From assembly GCF_964213995.1 (NCBI RefSeq), contig NW_027590369.1, forward strand, positions 186,001-250,000: a DNA stretch of 64,000 bases, written 5' to 3'. The translations under genes were made by a program, and so were the position numbers. Source of the stretch: Mustelus asterias (Eukaryota). Below, in pieces: positions 38,869-52,119 of the stretch (position 1 is its first letter; every line of letters begins with the position of its first letter). A model generated the notes under the pieces. It saw only the letters and a program-made list of their open reading frames with translations, was not told where the DNA came from and made no database searches.

Positions 38869-39916
38869 ATGATGCAGTCGGCTCTCGCGGTCGAACAGCC
38901 TGCACCTGTTCCTATTTCGTATAGTATTATGGTCGAGTGTGGGATACCACATAATAGACATTCAGTTGTAAATATGCTATTTCCCTTTTGTGCTACGCAT
39001 GCACAATTGTATATTCACTCAGAGTGCCATTAGTGTGTAGAATTATCTTCCCAAGGGAGCAGTAGCGACAGGGTCATTTGATACATTCAGGACTAAATTA
39101 GGTTAATATTTGGATCCACACTAAGCCAAAATTTATGGTGTAGAGCACGATAGTAGAATGAACACCACAGTCGGATTTTGAATGTTGAGATTGATGAACG
39201 TGGAAAGACAGAATAGCGCTCCCCTACTCTGTTCCGCGTATTGTAGTCTCATTATTTCTGCATAATTGGACATTATCTGAGTATTGCAGTAGGCTCATAT
39301 TTCATTCTTAGTTCTCACCACAGTTATGATCTTGCCGGCAATATCCACTCTCATACCCCCATTCACTCGGTGTTCTGAAAGTTACATACGGTCAAGCTTC
39401 CTGATCCAGTTCAGGCCGTGAGGAGAGACACATTTACAACTTATTTGGATGTACGCCAAATGGCTGCCATGCATTCGAGGATATTACTGCGCTATTGTTT
39501 TCTGAAGATAATCAATAGATTTCGTGTTTGATTCCAATTTTGGACGGCATGTTTGCCTTGTGGCACACTCAAATAGTATGCATTTCTGCTGCCTTTTAGA
39601 TGAACCCTGGTAAGTGCTGCGGGAAAAATGCAGAGTCATTTGTTGGTATTGAGCGAAGGAGAGGACAGAAACAGCTGGCGAATGCTAAAATGGCAGGAAC
39701 AATATCACAGTTCAAGTAGATTTCAATGTTTACATTATGCATGTTCGCACATCATATTTGCTGCTCAAAATCTGATACTCCTTACTCTGGGGGTGTAAGG
39801 ACTCGATTGTGCAACTGCTTTGAGAACACCCCAATTCATCAAGACCGACCCATATCTCCAGTTACCAGCCGGTTAATTCTATACCTGGCAGTCACACTAA
39901 CGTCACTATCCATCGG

Positions 39917-40136
39917 CATGATGCGGAGATTTCGGCGTTGGACTGGGGTAAGCACAGTATGAACTCTCACAACACCAGGTTGAAGTGCAATCGGTTTATT
40001 TGGTGGCACAAGCTTTCGGAGTCTCGCTCCTCCTTCAGCTTCACTCACCTGAAGAAGGAGCGAGACCCCGAAAGCTTGTGCAAACAAATAAACCTGTTGG
40101 ACTTTAACCTGGTGTTGTGAGACTTCTTAGTGTGCT
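39917..40136. mobile_element. Palindromic non-autonomous Penelope-derived element with two mutated hammerhead motifs
   Basis: Inverted arms (ctcacaacaccaggtt...aacctggtgttgtgag); plus strand CTGAAGA-A-GGAG-CGAGA-CCCC-GAAAGCTT at 40049; minus strand CTGAAGG-A-GGAG-CGAGA-CTCC-GAAAGCTT. Confidence 0.82.
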
Positions 40137-41852
40137 ATTCATGGGCTACAGCTTTGTTCGATTGAGGCTGAGTGCAAGGCTGCGGTAGAGCAGCATATGT
40201 TAATATTACAAACTTGATAGATCTCTGAACTCAATATTCATGTCAACTATATCAAACCATAGTTTATGCCGCAATGCCTGCATAATTTTGTTTATGCCGA
40301 TTTGCCTGCTTTTTTTTCCTTTTTCTATTTTCCTACCTTCCGACACGGCTTTCATTCTTCAGCGATTCACACCCACACTAGGTAAATCCCTTACTTATTT
40401 GTTGTAACTTTTACCCTTCCATTCGTATCTTGTACCATAAAACGTGTTGCCATTTAATCTCCCCTACCTTCACCCCCGCAGTTCGATTTTTACTGCCCTC
40501 CTCACTTCCTCTTGCACAACGTCCACCATCAATCTCTCTTCTTGAATTTCTGAAGAAAACGGCTTTGAGCTGAATCGTTCAGTTTGGATCTTCACAGATC
40601 CAGCCACATTTTCTGAATATTTCAATCATGTTTTTTTTTTCCTTCTTCATGACGTTATGCAACAAAATGCTACAAGAGGGACTAATCCAACAACGGATGT
40701 GAACAAAGTCCACATAGACACCAGACTAAAATAGAGTGTAACTGAACATTGACTGCTTCCTAACTATCATGCTGCTGTAAAATTGATAAACGAAATCAAC
40801 ACACTGCAGTATTGTGTGTTAAAATGGACTGCGGACAATTATGTCTCATTACATGCGGAGTCAGTGGCATCGTATTGTTGTCAATGGACTAGTAATCCAG
40901 AGACCCCGGGTGATGCTCTGAGGGCAAAAAGCGAAAATGCTGTAAAACTCAGCAGGTCTTGCAGCATCTGCAAAGAGAGAAAAGAGCTGACGTTTCGGGC
41001 TCAGATGACCCTAAGTAAAAGCTAAAATGCTCTGGGTGAGTAAGTTTGAACCCTAGTAATGTTCTATAACGGGTTCACGAATGTATTAGAGGGAAGGACC
41101 TTTGGTGTCCTTATTTGGTGTGTCCTGTATCTATCTGATCTACAGCATTGCCTTGAGCGATGGGCGATCAATTACTGGCCCAACAGGCGACGGCCGTATT
41201 TAATGCACGAATAAAAGAAATCAGTCAAGCATCACGTTCTAAACAATATCAGAGAAAATGGGTCAGAAAAATATCAGAATGAAGTCACATTTGGGTAGCA
41301 CAATTGTTACCACTGCTGCCTCACAGCGCCAAAGACAAAGGTTCAAATCTGACGTCCGGTGAGTGTTTATGTGAAGCTTGCACCTTCTCCACGTATCTGC
41401 GTGGGGATCGGAGAGGTAAACTTCCAACTATCTCAATAAAATAAATGCATGTTCATGTATTAATGATCAGTCTGCGGGATGTCTGCATGAATGCAGCAAT
41501 TGCATTTTTTTGGCGAATAACCGTTTTTCTCTGTCAGATGCTCCCCGTTTTGCTGAATTTAACCTGCATTAACTATTCATCTTATTTCAGATTTCCAGCA
41601 TCTGCGTGATCAGAGAATTTGAAAACAGATATGTTACTGCAGCGGGATGCAGTGCAGATCGGAGAACACAACAGCCATTGGTGAAGTCAATACAGAATAC
41701 TGGAAGAGTTCAAATTTGCAGCCGGAGAGATGGAAAATAATGCATTATCTATACCGAACTCACAGAAGGAAGGATTTATGTCTTATCAATGGGATAAAGT
41801 GAAGATGTATAAACAGAGTTTAACACTGACTGAAAACAATTTCACAGCTTAC

Positions 41853-41922
41853 CGGGTATACATAAAGCCGCGAGGATATAGTAAAAAACATATCGAATCC
41901 TTAGAATTATTGCTTCCTCCAT
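41853..41922 (-). CDS. Exon 1 of GPR139/142-like GPCR locus 3 (joins exon 2 at 36505 across a 5.3-kb intron)
   Basis: MEEAIILRIRYVFYYILAALCIP, then G|gtaagc; 70 nt, phase 1; G+CC=Ala joins in frame to exon 2; spliced length 975 nt = 325 codons including the terminal stop; gtataag about 75 nt upstream. Confidence 0.88.
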
Positions 41923-43519
41923 TTGATGTCCCTCCTGTGTGTGTTTGCTCACTGGCAGAACACGAAATCATTTTCTCAAAATACGTCCCGTTACTTATAC
42001 ACTATTAATAATTCCAGAGGGATAAATAGTTGTGTAATTCGCTACATCAATTACAGTACATTAAACAAACATCATTTTTTCAGCATTTTTACATGGCAGC
42101 CAATACGGCTTATTTGAGGAACATCAAACCCAGGACATGAAGGCTTCAGTCACTTGGAGACCACGGGTTACTATCATTATATTTCACTTTCAAAAGCTCA
42201 TTTAACAATTGCATAGTATATATTTTCCCAGGATATAACATTGAGAACCTCCACTGATATGTCCATTCAAAAAATCATGACAAAAATGATAGTGTGTATT
42301 CATGAATCACACAAGGATTTGAGTTTCTGTTTCCACAAAGTTTTCTGCACTGTATTGATTCTTTGATTCTATGATTTATACCTCAAACTATTCAATCCCT
42401 GCCAACAATCCATGTGTATCCTTTTTCTACCGTCAAAATGTGTTCTTGTGCTTGTTTAATTTATAAAGAGCGTACCCAACGTCCTCTCTGTGTCTGCTTC
42501 ATCTCCCTTCATAAGATCGCACCCACAGCAACAGCCAAGTCACTCGATTGCGACCTTGAAAGTTTCAGTGAAAAATGGGAAATCTATTACCGGTGCTTAA
42601 ATTACGATCATATTCAGATTCTCAGAATCTGCATGAAATTTGCTTTACTCTAGCACATTTACTTTATTTAACAGTGCGTACTTTAGTGGCGATGGCATTG
42701 TCTGAAGTTTGGAACAAATCTGTGCGAGTTTTGGCTAAAATAAAAACACAATTTAGACGAAGCAGCGAGTTTAGGACCTGAAGTAGTTGAATACATTGTC
42801 AAATGCACAAGGCTGCAAAGTATTTAACCGGACCCGAATCAATATTACTCAAGTTTGTGTTTTGCTTCACAATGGCATTTGAGCAGCCCAAGGATTGAAA
42901 TGTGGACATGTGTGAGAAATATGTGTGCTGACGTGGCTAAAGAAATGCAAGGTGAGGCCGTGCTTGTGGAATAAAAGTAGATTTTAAGTAAATTTGTCAC
43001 CCAGCCTTCACAGATTTATTTTGTTTTGTTCTGCTTTGCCTTCTGCACCCCTCTCCTACTATAGAATCCAAGCATTTTCTACTCTTTTTCATCTCCGAAG
43101 AAGAGTCAATCTCACGAAGTTAACTGACTTTCTCTGTCTCCACAGAAGGTGACCGAATTTTTGAATCGTTACACCATGTTCTGTTTCCTTTGAGAAACCA
43201 GTAACTCCACTCAATTACCTCTTATTCTTTTAGAATGTGGAAAATCACGCATTTTCTGAATATTTGGAGCTGATGTGGAGTTCATTTTAATGGTCAGAAG
43301 TTCAGTATGAAAATTTCAACAAGTATGATTCTCTCAGGGAAAAGGAGTTGGGGACATGAGGGTGGGGGCGGGGAGCGGGGGCGGGTAGCGAGGTAATATC
43401 TCTGAAAGATTATGAAAAGGTCTCAGGCAATGATTGACAAAATGATGACTTGAGGTAGCGAAAAAGAGAAAGAAAACACGCCTGGGAAAGTTTGTTTTAA
43501 TTCAAGATTTTGAGCGAAT

Positions 43520-43795
43520 GGGCGGCACAGTAGCATAGTGGTTAGCACTGCTGCCTCACAGCGCCAGGGACCCGGGTTCGATTTCCTGCTTGAGTTACTG
43601 TCTGTGCGGAGTCTGCTCGTTCTCCCCGTATCTGCGTGGGTTTCGTCTGGGTGCTCCGGTTTCCTCCCACGTTCTGGAAGATGTGCTGGTTAGGTGAATT
43701 GTCCAGAACAGGTGCCAGACTGTGGCGTCTCCAGAAATGTCACAGTAACTTAATCGAAATGTTAGTGTAAGACTTGTGACAAATAAATAAACCTT
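43520..43795 (+). mobile_element. HE1-related SINE
   Basis: gggcggcacagtagcatagtggttagcactgctgcctcacagcgccagggacccgggttcgatt. Confidence 0.88.
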
Positions 43796-45187
43796 TAACT
43801 TCATGATTGTGGCAGACATTGGAAATGATTGCGGAAAGTTCTTGGAGGAGGGCGGAAATGTGGGTTAGTGTCATTCAATGGCACGTTTAGCTGAACATTT
43901 TTGCAAATGATTCAGCCTTTCCTTCAGCACCAATGTGCTGATTTCCCCCATTGGTGGGCATAGGGATATTTGTGGATCCTCCTCCAGCGTGTCGAGCAGC
44001 AATCCCGATTTGATGTGCCAGATTTGCAGAGCTAAGATAACATGCGTCAGTTGTCGAATTGCACAGTTAAGTCTCACAAGTGCAGTATATCAATTTGGCA
44101 TGCAAGTGGTCTTGTTGTTTACTATCACATACTTGGCATTTAATTTATAATTGTGCCCGCTGAGGCTCCTGGGATACCTTCTTGGGCCTGAAACCTGTCC
44201 ACAGATTGATGTGAATAATAGAAGACTACATTGAGAGAATCTGCAAAATTCTTTACTATATTCCCTTCTTCCGGTATTTCATGAGCTCTTCAAATGTTGT
44301 TCAGTTGATTTTTTGTTTTAGCCTTGGCACCCTCTGGAAACTCGATTATTTTGCGGTCAGTGCATATTATGTTGGAAAACGCATGGATTGCATTAGTGGA
44401 TTGAGATTTATGATCGTGAGGAAATTCAGGAAAACTAATTGGGCCACGCAAGAAATGTTTTTGGGCGAATGGCTTAGAATTGATATTGCTAACTCAACCC
44501 ATACTGAAGAGCAAAAATATTTATGTGCTAGGCTAAATAACATTAATTCCTGTCATTGAAAATTAGCATTATTACACTTGCAAATTAAAATTAGTTACTA
44601 ATACACAAGCTGAACACTGGAATGACCTGCAATCAGTTACGGATACACTGTTCTCATTCTGTATGCCCGCTGACACAATGCAAGTCTCGGAAGGATTGTT
44701 CATCCGATAGTGAGCTGTGGGAGACTGTGTTGAGTGACAATGTGAGTGAGTCAGTTTTGCAGATATCTAGCTCTATTTATTGGGGACGTGAGTTCAGGTA
44801 CACCACGGTGTCTCGTTTACGTTCATCAAACAAGAATGTCTAGCTTGCCTCAGTAATGGTGGCAGCCTTAATGTTGCTTCAAAATGACATCTCGTTCACT
44901 GGTGCTTTTAAATGAGTGCCGCATGTTCGCATCATCGCATATTAAGTATTTGTGACTCCAGACAGCGAGATTTGTTTCCGCTGAACACTCCACCGAAATG
45001 ACCTGGTGAGCCACTCAGTTGTGCAGGAATCACGGTGGGAAACAAATGCTGATATTAGAAGTGACATCCACGTTCATTAAGGATTAAATAAATAAATGTA
45101 AATAATCGCTAGACTGAACTGTTCCTCAAATTTAACATTGAATTTGCATTGATTAATTGAATATACAATGACCTATGTGGAGTATGT

Positions 45188-45496
45188 GGCGGCACAGTGG
45201 TCTCACAGCAGCAGGACTTGGAATCGATTTCCGGCTTCTGTCACTGTCTGTGTGGAGTTCACACATTCTCCCGGTGTTTGCATGGGTTTTCTCCTGGTGC
45301 TCCGGTTTCCTCCCACACTCCAAAGATGTGCGGGTTATGTGGATTGTCGATGCTGAATTGCCCCTTCGGATCAGGGGGATTAGCTAGGGCAAATGCATGG
45401 TGTTATGGTGATAGAGCCTGGGTCGTCTTGCGGTAAGTGCAGACATGATGGGCCGAATGGCCTCCTTCTGTACTGCAGTGATTCTAAGATTCTATG
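45188..45496 (+). mobile_element. HE1-type SINE
   Basis: ggcggcacagtgg...gtggagttcacacattctc...gggccgaatggcctccttctgtactg...ttctaagattctatg. Confidence 0.82.
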
Positions 45497-46689
45497 AAAC
45501 CGGGCCACCACTGGGAAATCCGTGCAGACTCAGGAAGAATGTGCAAACTGCGCATCGACAGGCGCCCATGGACGAATATGGACCAGGGTCACAATCGTAT
45601 TTAAATTGTTAGATTCAGCTGAAAGTTCCTCTTGGAATTTATTTAAAAAAAATTCATTTTTTTAGCTTTTCCTTTGTCAACAGCAATTTTACAGTGACAA
45701 TAAAAACGCTGATAATTCATGTGCTAAATTCAAAATTATTAATCACAAGAACTGGACAACAACACTAACGCGTTATAATACAAAATATTTACAAGTCAAC
45801 AAATGCACTTTCCAAATTTAAATTGCAAGTTTCAAATGAACATATACATTTAGCAGATTTAAATCACAAAATATACACCAACGACTGAATATGATCATTG
45901 CAAACACAGTTTGCAAGGTAAGTTGATCAGGGTCCCGAAGCATGCCAGGAATGGTGTGAAATGGAAGGGAATTCATCAATAAATTTCAAATTATGTCCAT
46001 GGTCAGATCTAATCTGATCGTTCCACAAAATTCGGTTCCATTATCATTTCTGGCCCTGAGGAATGGAAAACCGATCAGCCTGACAATGAGATACAGACAC
46101 AGAGTTGGAATGTAATCAGGGGCGAACAGCATCCTACAATACAGAGTATTTACTTTCAGACAACTTGTTCTCCCCAGAGGCAGCCCCATCTCCAGCTCAT
46201 TTATTTCAAGTGATGCAGATGTTAATGTCTATGGCTGTTGAGTGGTTGAAACAGAATAGGTTCAGCGAGCACCAGTCGCTGCACAATTAAGCCACACTCA
46301 GTGCTGCTTGAAACTGCTTACTATACAATGTTTATCCAGGAATGCTATGATAACCCCGGATTTCCCTCTGTACGACAGTTTTCTGAAAAGACAGCGTGCC
46401 GCCCAGGAACACCACGCCTGCCCCCCATTACTCCCAAACAGTCTGAGGATATTTCATACTCTTTATCTTCGTCTCTGAAGCAGATAGAATAATTTAACAG
46501 TTGGATTTGCTGCTTTCCTTCCTTGCCAATACATTCGCCCTATTGCTCCGAACATCTATACATATCTTTCTCCACGTTCATGTCAAAGGATTTGAAGTCT
46601 TGTTCAGCCATGAAGCATACTTTGCAGTTTATTCTTTTATTAACCAACATTATTTTAGAAAAAAATTCATAACTATGTACATATTCAGA

Positions 46690-47600
46690 GCTCAATTTCA
46701 AGGTTGAATACGACTCCATCCGAAGCATTTACCAGTCTGTGTCCATATCTAGGTTTCGATGAGGATATTGTGATTCAGCAACGGGATATAGATAGATCGA
46801 GTGATGAGCGAAATTCTGGCAAACGGAGTTTAATGTGGGGAGGGATAATGTCATGTATATTGGCATATTGGCAGGGGGAATCAAAAGGCAGAGTGGGATC
46901 AAAATGGAGAGGGGCTGCAGGTGAGTGAAGTGCAAAGGTGTCTTGGCAATCGAGTGCATGAATTACAAAAATGAACTAGCAGTCAGTTCCAAAAAGTATT
47001 TAAGAATGCAAGCTAAGATGTATTTAGGCCTTCATTGGAAAATGGTTGAAGATTCAACAAAGGGTGATATTGTTGAAATTGTACAGGGTGCTGATGAGAC
47101 CTCATCTGGAATACTGCATACAGCTTTGGTCCGCGTACACTAAAAATGATAGTCATATTGGAAGCAGTCTAATGAAATTAACTATGCTATTCCCTGGGAT
47201 AAGACTGTTCCCTTTCAAGAGCGAATTAATAGTGTGCCTGTATTCCATGGAGATTGGAAGAGTGAAGGGTGACATTATTCAATCACATAACATTCTGAGG
47301 GTGATTGACAGAGTAGATGGTGCGATACCGTCAATGATGGGAGACCTCGAACAAGGGGATATGACGACAGGTAAATGTTGGTCATTTAAAACCGAGTAAC
47401 ATAAACATTTCTTCTCGCAGAGTTTGGCGAATTTCTGGAATTCTCTGCCCCAACATATAGTGGAGACCGGATCATTCACAGTATTTAAGGTGGAACTGGG
47501 CAAACATTTGATAGATCGGTGAACAGAGGGAGATGGGGAAATGATAAAGGTAAGATATTGACCATCCTTAATTACATTAAATGACGGGTCAGGCATGAAA
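46690..47600 (+). mobile_element. Decayed CR1 ORF2 3' region
   Basis: LYRVLMRPHLEYCIQLWSAY...GRVKGDIIQSHNILRVIDRVD (ORF 47046-47399). Confidence 0.8.
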
Positions 47601-49029
47601 CACTTGAGCGGGTGGTGATAAAGCTGCTTATTTAGGTTCAGCAGTCGATGTTTTGTAATCACCTCTGCACTGTTGCAGAAGCAGTTTCAAAATCCTGACT
47701 GCGCAACATTGAAGTAATTATGTTATAATTCGATCAAGATGTTAAGGGAAGAGCCATTTGTTTTGCCTGTCTCCCGATTCATCTCTCGTCCCTCTCTATC
47801 TAGCAATTGGAGATCATTACTTTACAACCTACTGTGGAAGTGCCTTGGATGCTTAAGTCTGTGAATCGAATGTGCGCCAGTGGGCATTTCCTCTCCATCT
47901 TTCAGCTTATACCATAAGCCTTCAAGGCAATCCAAGCCACTGCTGAGAGCTCGCAGAGGCGTGCTCGCCTCACTGCATAACACTATGCTTCAAACTCTGT
48001 TGTGGTAGTTTGAAAAATATCAAGCTCTGAGCCCATGTAATCCCCAAATCCGGAACAAAAAAACTCAAATACAGGATATTTTAGATAATGGTGATGTTTT
48101 ACACAAGCGAATCTGGATTGCCAGTTATATTGTCCTGAGCGAGTTGATATCTGTCCGTGCCTTTGTGTTTGTGTGTTGTTGTTTGTGATGCAGAGTTTGT
48201 GTAATAGATGAGATATTACATTCTCCCACCGATCATTCCAAGGACCAGTCAAATGTGGTGTTAGATAAAGCGTACCTTCACTCTGCACTCTTGTTTCAAA
48301 CGTCAGGTAGGGAGTAAAACTCACTCAGTTTGGTTGCATCGAAAAGTAAACAGGGCCAGTACAACATGGGGTTACAAAGAGCATAAACGTTGTATTTGTT
48401 AACGTTTGAACCCTCCCAGAATGTGTAAACCACTGTTAGAAAGAGCGTAGAAGTCCTTGGAATAGAAGACCTAACTGTTCAGATAACAGTATATTCGACT
48501 CTTGGCAGTGCCAAGGGAACTTGGAAATGTGGCAGTTGAAAGTATAGAGGCACTAATGTTGATTATATTTGGAATGTGGTGCTAATTAAAATGAAATTAT
48601 GTCAACACAATTGAGGAGAAATAGCCTCTCAAAATGTTAGATAACACGAGGAAGAGGACGGACCCTGGAGCAGTCTATTATGAAAGATCAAGCTGGCGTG
48701 AAATCGAATGCAATGGGAACCATGGAATAATATTCATAGAATCTGCAGCGGTATGGATTTTGGAAGAAATGGTGTTGATTTCAGAGATCATGCGAAGATC
48801 TGTGAGTCGAGAAACTGGAGGTATTTTTATTCCCTTATTATCCAGCAAGCGGGGTCAATTCCATATTACTGTCTTGGCCCACAAGAGCACACATTATTCA
48901 GGAAGTTATCGTCAACTCCTATATATTTCTGGTGTAATAACAAAGATGGATATCAATAATTTACATTAATCTTTCGAGTGATAATGATGGGACCAGCTTT
49001 CACACGGTGGTATTTCTTTTCTCCGACAT

Positions 49030-49918
49030 TATTAATGACTCATTTAATTAAACGAATCGGATATTACCCGCCCCCCCCCCTCCCCATCCTTAATCTGCTC
49101 TCTGCACTTGGACTGAGTCACCCCATAAGTGAAGGCATTTGTGCAGCAAAGTAAGTTGGCCAACATATACGGGAAGCTTTGAAAGATATGCTCAGAAGCA
49201 TGACGCTTCACCATATTTTTCCAGTAACATTATAATCTAAGAACTCAATAACCAATCGCGACTTATTGGATGAAGTTGCCTGATATGGCGCAGTGTAATG
49301 TTGCAGCAGGCGTATGCTATCTATCTCTGGGTCACTGTATTGTTCTACCTTGCATTGACCTCTTAGGCATTTACAGAGTCGAATGTGCCTAAAATGGGTC
49401 TCACTGTCAGAGCATTAAGCAATACAATCAATGAAAATCCAACAGCCGTGTTGCAATTCTCTCAAATCAGCCAAATACCACCCAGACTGGCTGAGAAGCA
49501 TAGACTGGTTTCACAGCAAAGAACGACGGTAAATTATCAATTATTTATCTGGGTTCAACTGCAAATTAGAAGGAGGCATTTTTCAAACAGAGCAGAATGC
49601 ATGTTTTGGCTATAATCACAGCCACAGTTTCCTAAGTGCATTATTTTGAATTCGCATTCTGTCAATATAGCTTCAAATCGATCGAAGAAAAAACGACAGT
49701 CAATCGGAGGAAGTACTCGGTGGCTGCAGAAAAATGGCATTACAATATGAGTGCGATGTTCAGATAGGGTCTAGCAAAATTATAATTATTTATCCAATAC
49801 AATATGATAGCCGTGATGATGAATAATAGTTCAGCAGCAGACATGGCCAGGATGTAGGGGCTGGTGCAACTGGAGAGCACACTTTTCTGAGACAGGTTTC
49901 CATTTACCATTAAATTAA
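49030..49918 (-). pseudogene. Heavily decayed exon 2 of a GPR139/142-like GPCR (locus 4)
   Basis: Acceptor ctttcactgacag|TT AAT TTA; across frames: NLMV..LSSCTSPYILAMSAAELLFII, FFDRFEAI, TCILLCLKN, IIDNLP, LNALTVRPIL, YSDPEIDS, ISGNFI, LLCCTNAFTYGVTQSKCREQI; multiple stops and frameshifts. Confidence 0.85.
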
Positions 49919-51160
49919 CTGTCAGTGAAAGAAGCGAAAACGTACTGAAAATGACTTATTAATAAGTCACCACATTTGACCCTGAGAGTAAGTGCTAGAT
50001 TTTAGCAGGAAGTAAAGGATTATTTGCAACTCGGTGAGTGGTAAGAGCGCACAAAATGCAGGTTGCTTTCTCCTTGGAGTGAAGATCAGAAAAGTTGTCG
50101 ATCAGAAAACTGCTCTCAACAGGCACGTATGGGTTTTGTACAGACAGAACAATGGAATAAAGGGACAAGTGATCCATCTCTATCGGTTTTAGGAAATTGT
50201 TAGAAAATGGAAAGTGAAAGATGAGTACAAGTTAATCTTTTCATTGTGATGATAGGGTGCAGAATTACCGTTGTGACCAATGAAGGAAATCTGCATCCTT
50301 GTAATGTTGCTAAATTCCATCTCCATGCAGGTTCCTCTATTATAGTCACATCATCGAGACAACGCGGAAGCAGATCAATTGGCCCATCCATCCTGCACTG
50401 AAACTCTGACAGAGCACCTTACCCATGCTCCCTGCCTGACATCTTCCAGTAACCTTATACATGTTCCCCGTTAATCCATATAACCTACACATTCTTTCAC
50501 ACTTAGGGACAATTTATCATTGCTAATCCACTTAACTTGCGCTTCTACCTGTAAGTCAGTTAATAGTATTACACAGTTAAGCCGTGGCTTGAGATATTTG
50601 TGATATTGATTACCATTCAAACTACTTCAGAGATGTGTTCCTCATAAAGATGTCGGGCTACTAACGGAGCATTCGACGTTCATATGGTCAGTCCTGTTGT
50701 TTTTAGCAGGAGTCCAATTAATGCACATCTGTCAGGATGTTTCATAGATTGTGGTCCAACTGGCATTCTAGTGCACTTCGATCGGGCACGGCAGCTTCTT
50801 GACTTTGTTGCCTAACAAGAGATTCCCTCTCCCCGTTTAAAAAGAAATAGAATTTCAGGAGCACAGATTATGAAGGTGGCATCGCAAGGAAAAATTGAAC
50901 AAATGGGATGATATTGATTAAATTAAGACGGTATTCAAAATAAACATGATGCGCGTGCGAAAATAATAAAAGGCGCCATGGGAATTGTTGATCATCCTGG
51001 GGATATTGTTCGACAAACCAATGACTCGAGTGCACCTCGAAATGCTGAGAATGGAAGAGAAGAGTCAGGAATCGATCATAGAATCATCGGGCGGCGTTTT
51101 GTCGATGAGGTAGAAATTACAAATTCTGTTGCTTTTTTTTCCAGTTCACGTTTTTAAAAA

Positions 51161-51334
51161 ATGAATGGATAACAATACAGTGAGTGTGCTGCAGGATCAC
51201 ACTGTGCAGCTGTGCATGAATGGATAACAATACAGTGAGTGTGCTGCAGGATCACATTGTGCAGCTGTGCATGAATGGATAACAATACAGTGAGTGTGCT
51301 GCAGGATCACACTGTGCAGCTGTGCATGAATGGA
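51161..51334. repeat. 55-bp tandem repeat, about 3.1 near-identical copies
   Basis: atgaatggataacaatacagtgagtgtgctgcaggatcacactgtgcagctgtgc at 51161, 51216 and 51271. Confidence 0.95.
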
Positions 51335-51419
51335 AACTGAAATCGTGAATAGTGTGCGTGCCCCACGCAAAGGCAGCAGCTCTTGTGGTTGATGCTTAAA
51401 AGCCACCTGAGTTGTCCTG

Positions 51420-52031
51420 GCAAGTTATTCAGTCTCAGTAATTGATCAGTAATTTGAGGAATGTAAAGTTCCGATCCATTTCGATTTGATTATTCACTCT
51501 TAGTTGTAATCATTGAAAAATCCGACCACTGCTTTCCTTCCCTATAAAAATATATTTTAAGCATATTCACATGACGCCCTCTGTTACTTTTCCATCCATC
51601 TGGCGTTCTTATCAAACAATTCACCACACTCAATTTTCTTTCAGTTTGACAGTGCCCACGAAAAATTGCTTTTAGCGTTTCACCGACCACTGGTTGCAAT
51701 TGTCAAACATTATCCACACGAACAAAACTACAAAATTTTGATTTATTATGCTCTTCCTGTTTCATCACATGCTGTGCCACTTTTAAATGGCGTCGAGCCA
51801 ATTCTCCTGCTCTCTGCAAACTTTCCTGAAAATATGGTTCATAGCCCAAGAATGTGCTCTCAGAACGTTGATTGACTAATTGCTGCTGAATCAATTTCAA
51901 TGGTCATTTTAGCTCATGACCAAAACCTAATTCAAATGAGTAGAATTAAGTTGAGTCATTATGTGCATCCCTAATTGCAAAGAAATTAAATGGAATTCCT
52001 TCAACCCGATCCTCTGGATAATTTTGACAAT
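51420..52031 (-). mobile_element. Ty3/Gypsy integrase C-terminal remnant
   Basis: LQRAGELARRHLKVAQHVMK (51703-51900); LIRTPD..RHVNMLKIY (51490-51699); GIPF..FAIRD and FGHE motifs near 51910-52000. Confidence 0.75.
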
Positions 52032-52119
52032 AAAGAACAAAGAACAAAGAACAGTACAGCACAGGAAACAGGCCCTTCGGCCCTCCAAGCCTGTGCCGCT
52101 CCTTGGTGCAACGAGACCA

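Noticed and set aside
43085-43190. Further hammerhead-like remnants from a second Penelope-type terminus (also about 6390-6470, 40545-40620 and 40925-41020)
   Set aside because: Core nucleotides and stem II are too degraded to call a ribozyme.
51161-51334. Possible CRISPR array
   Set aside because: Whole units are identical with no unique spacers; the same applies to 56262-56531.
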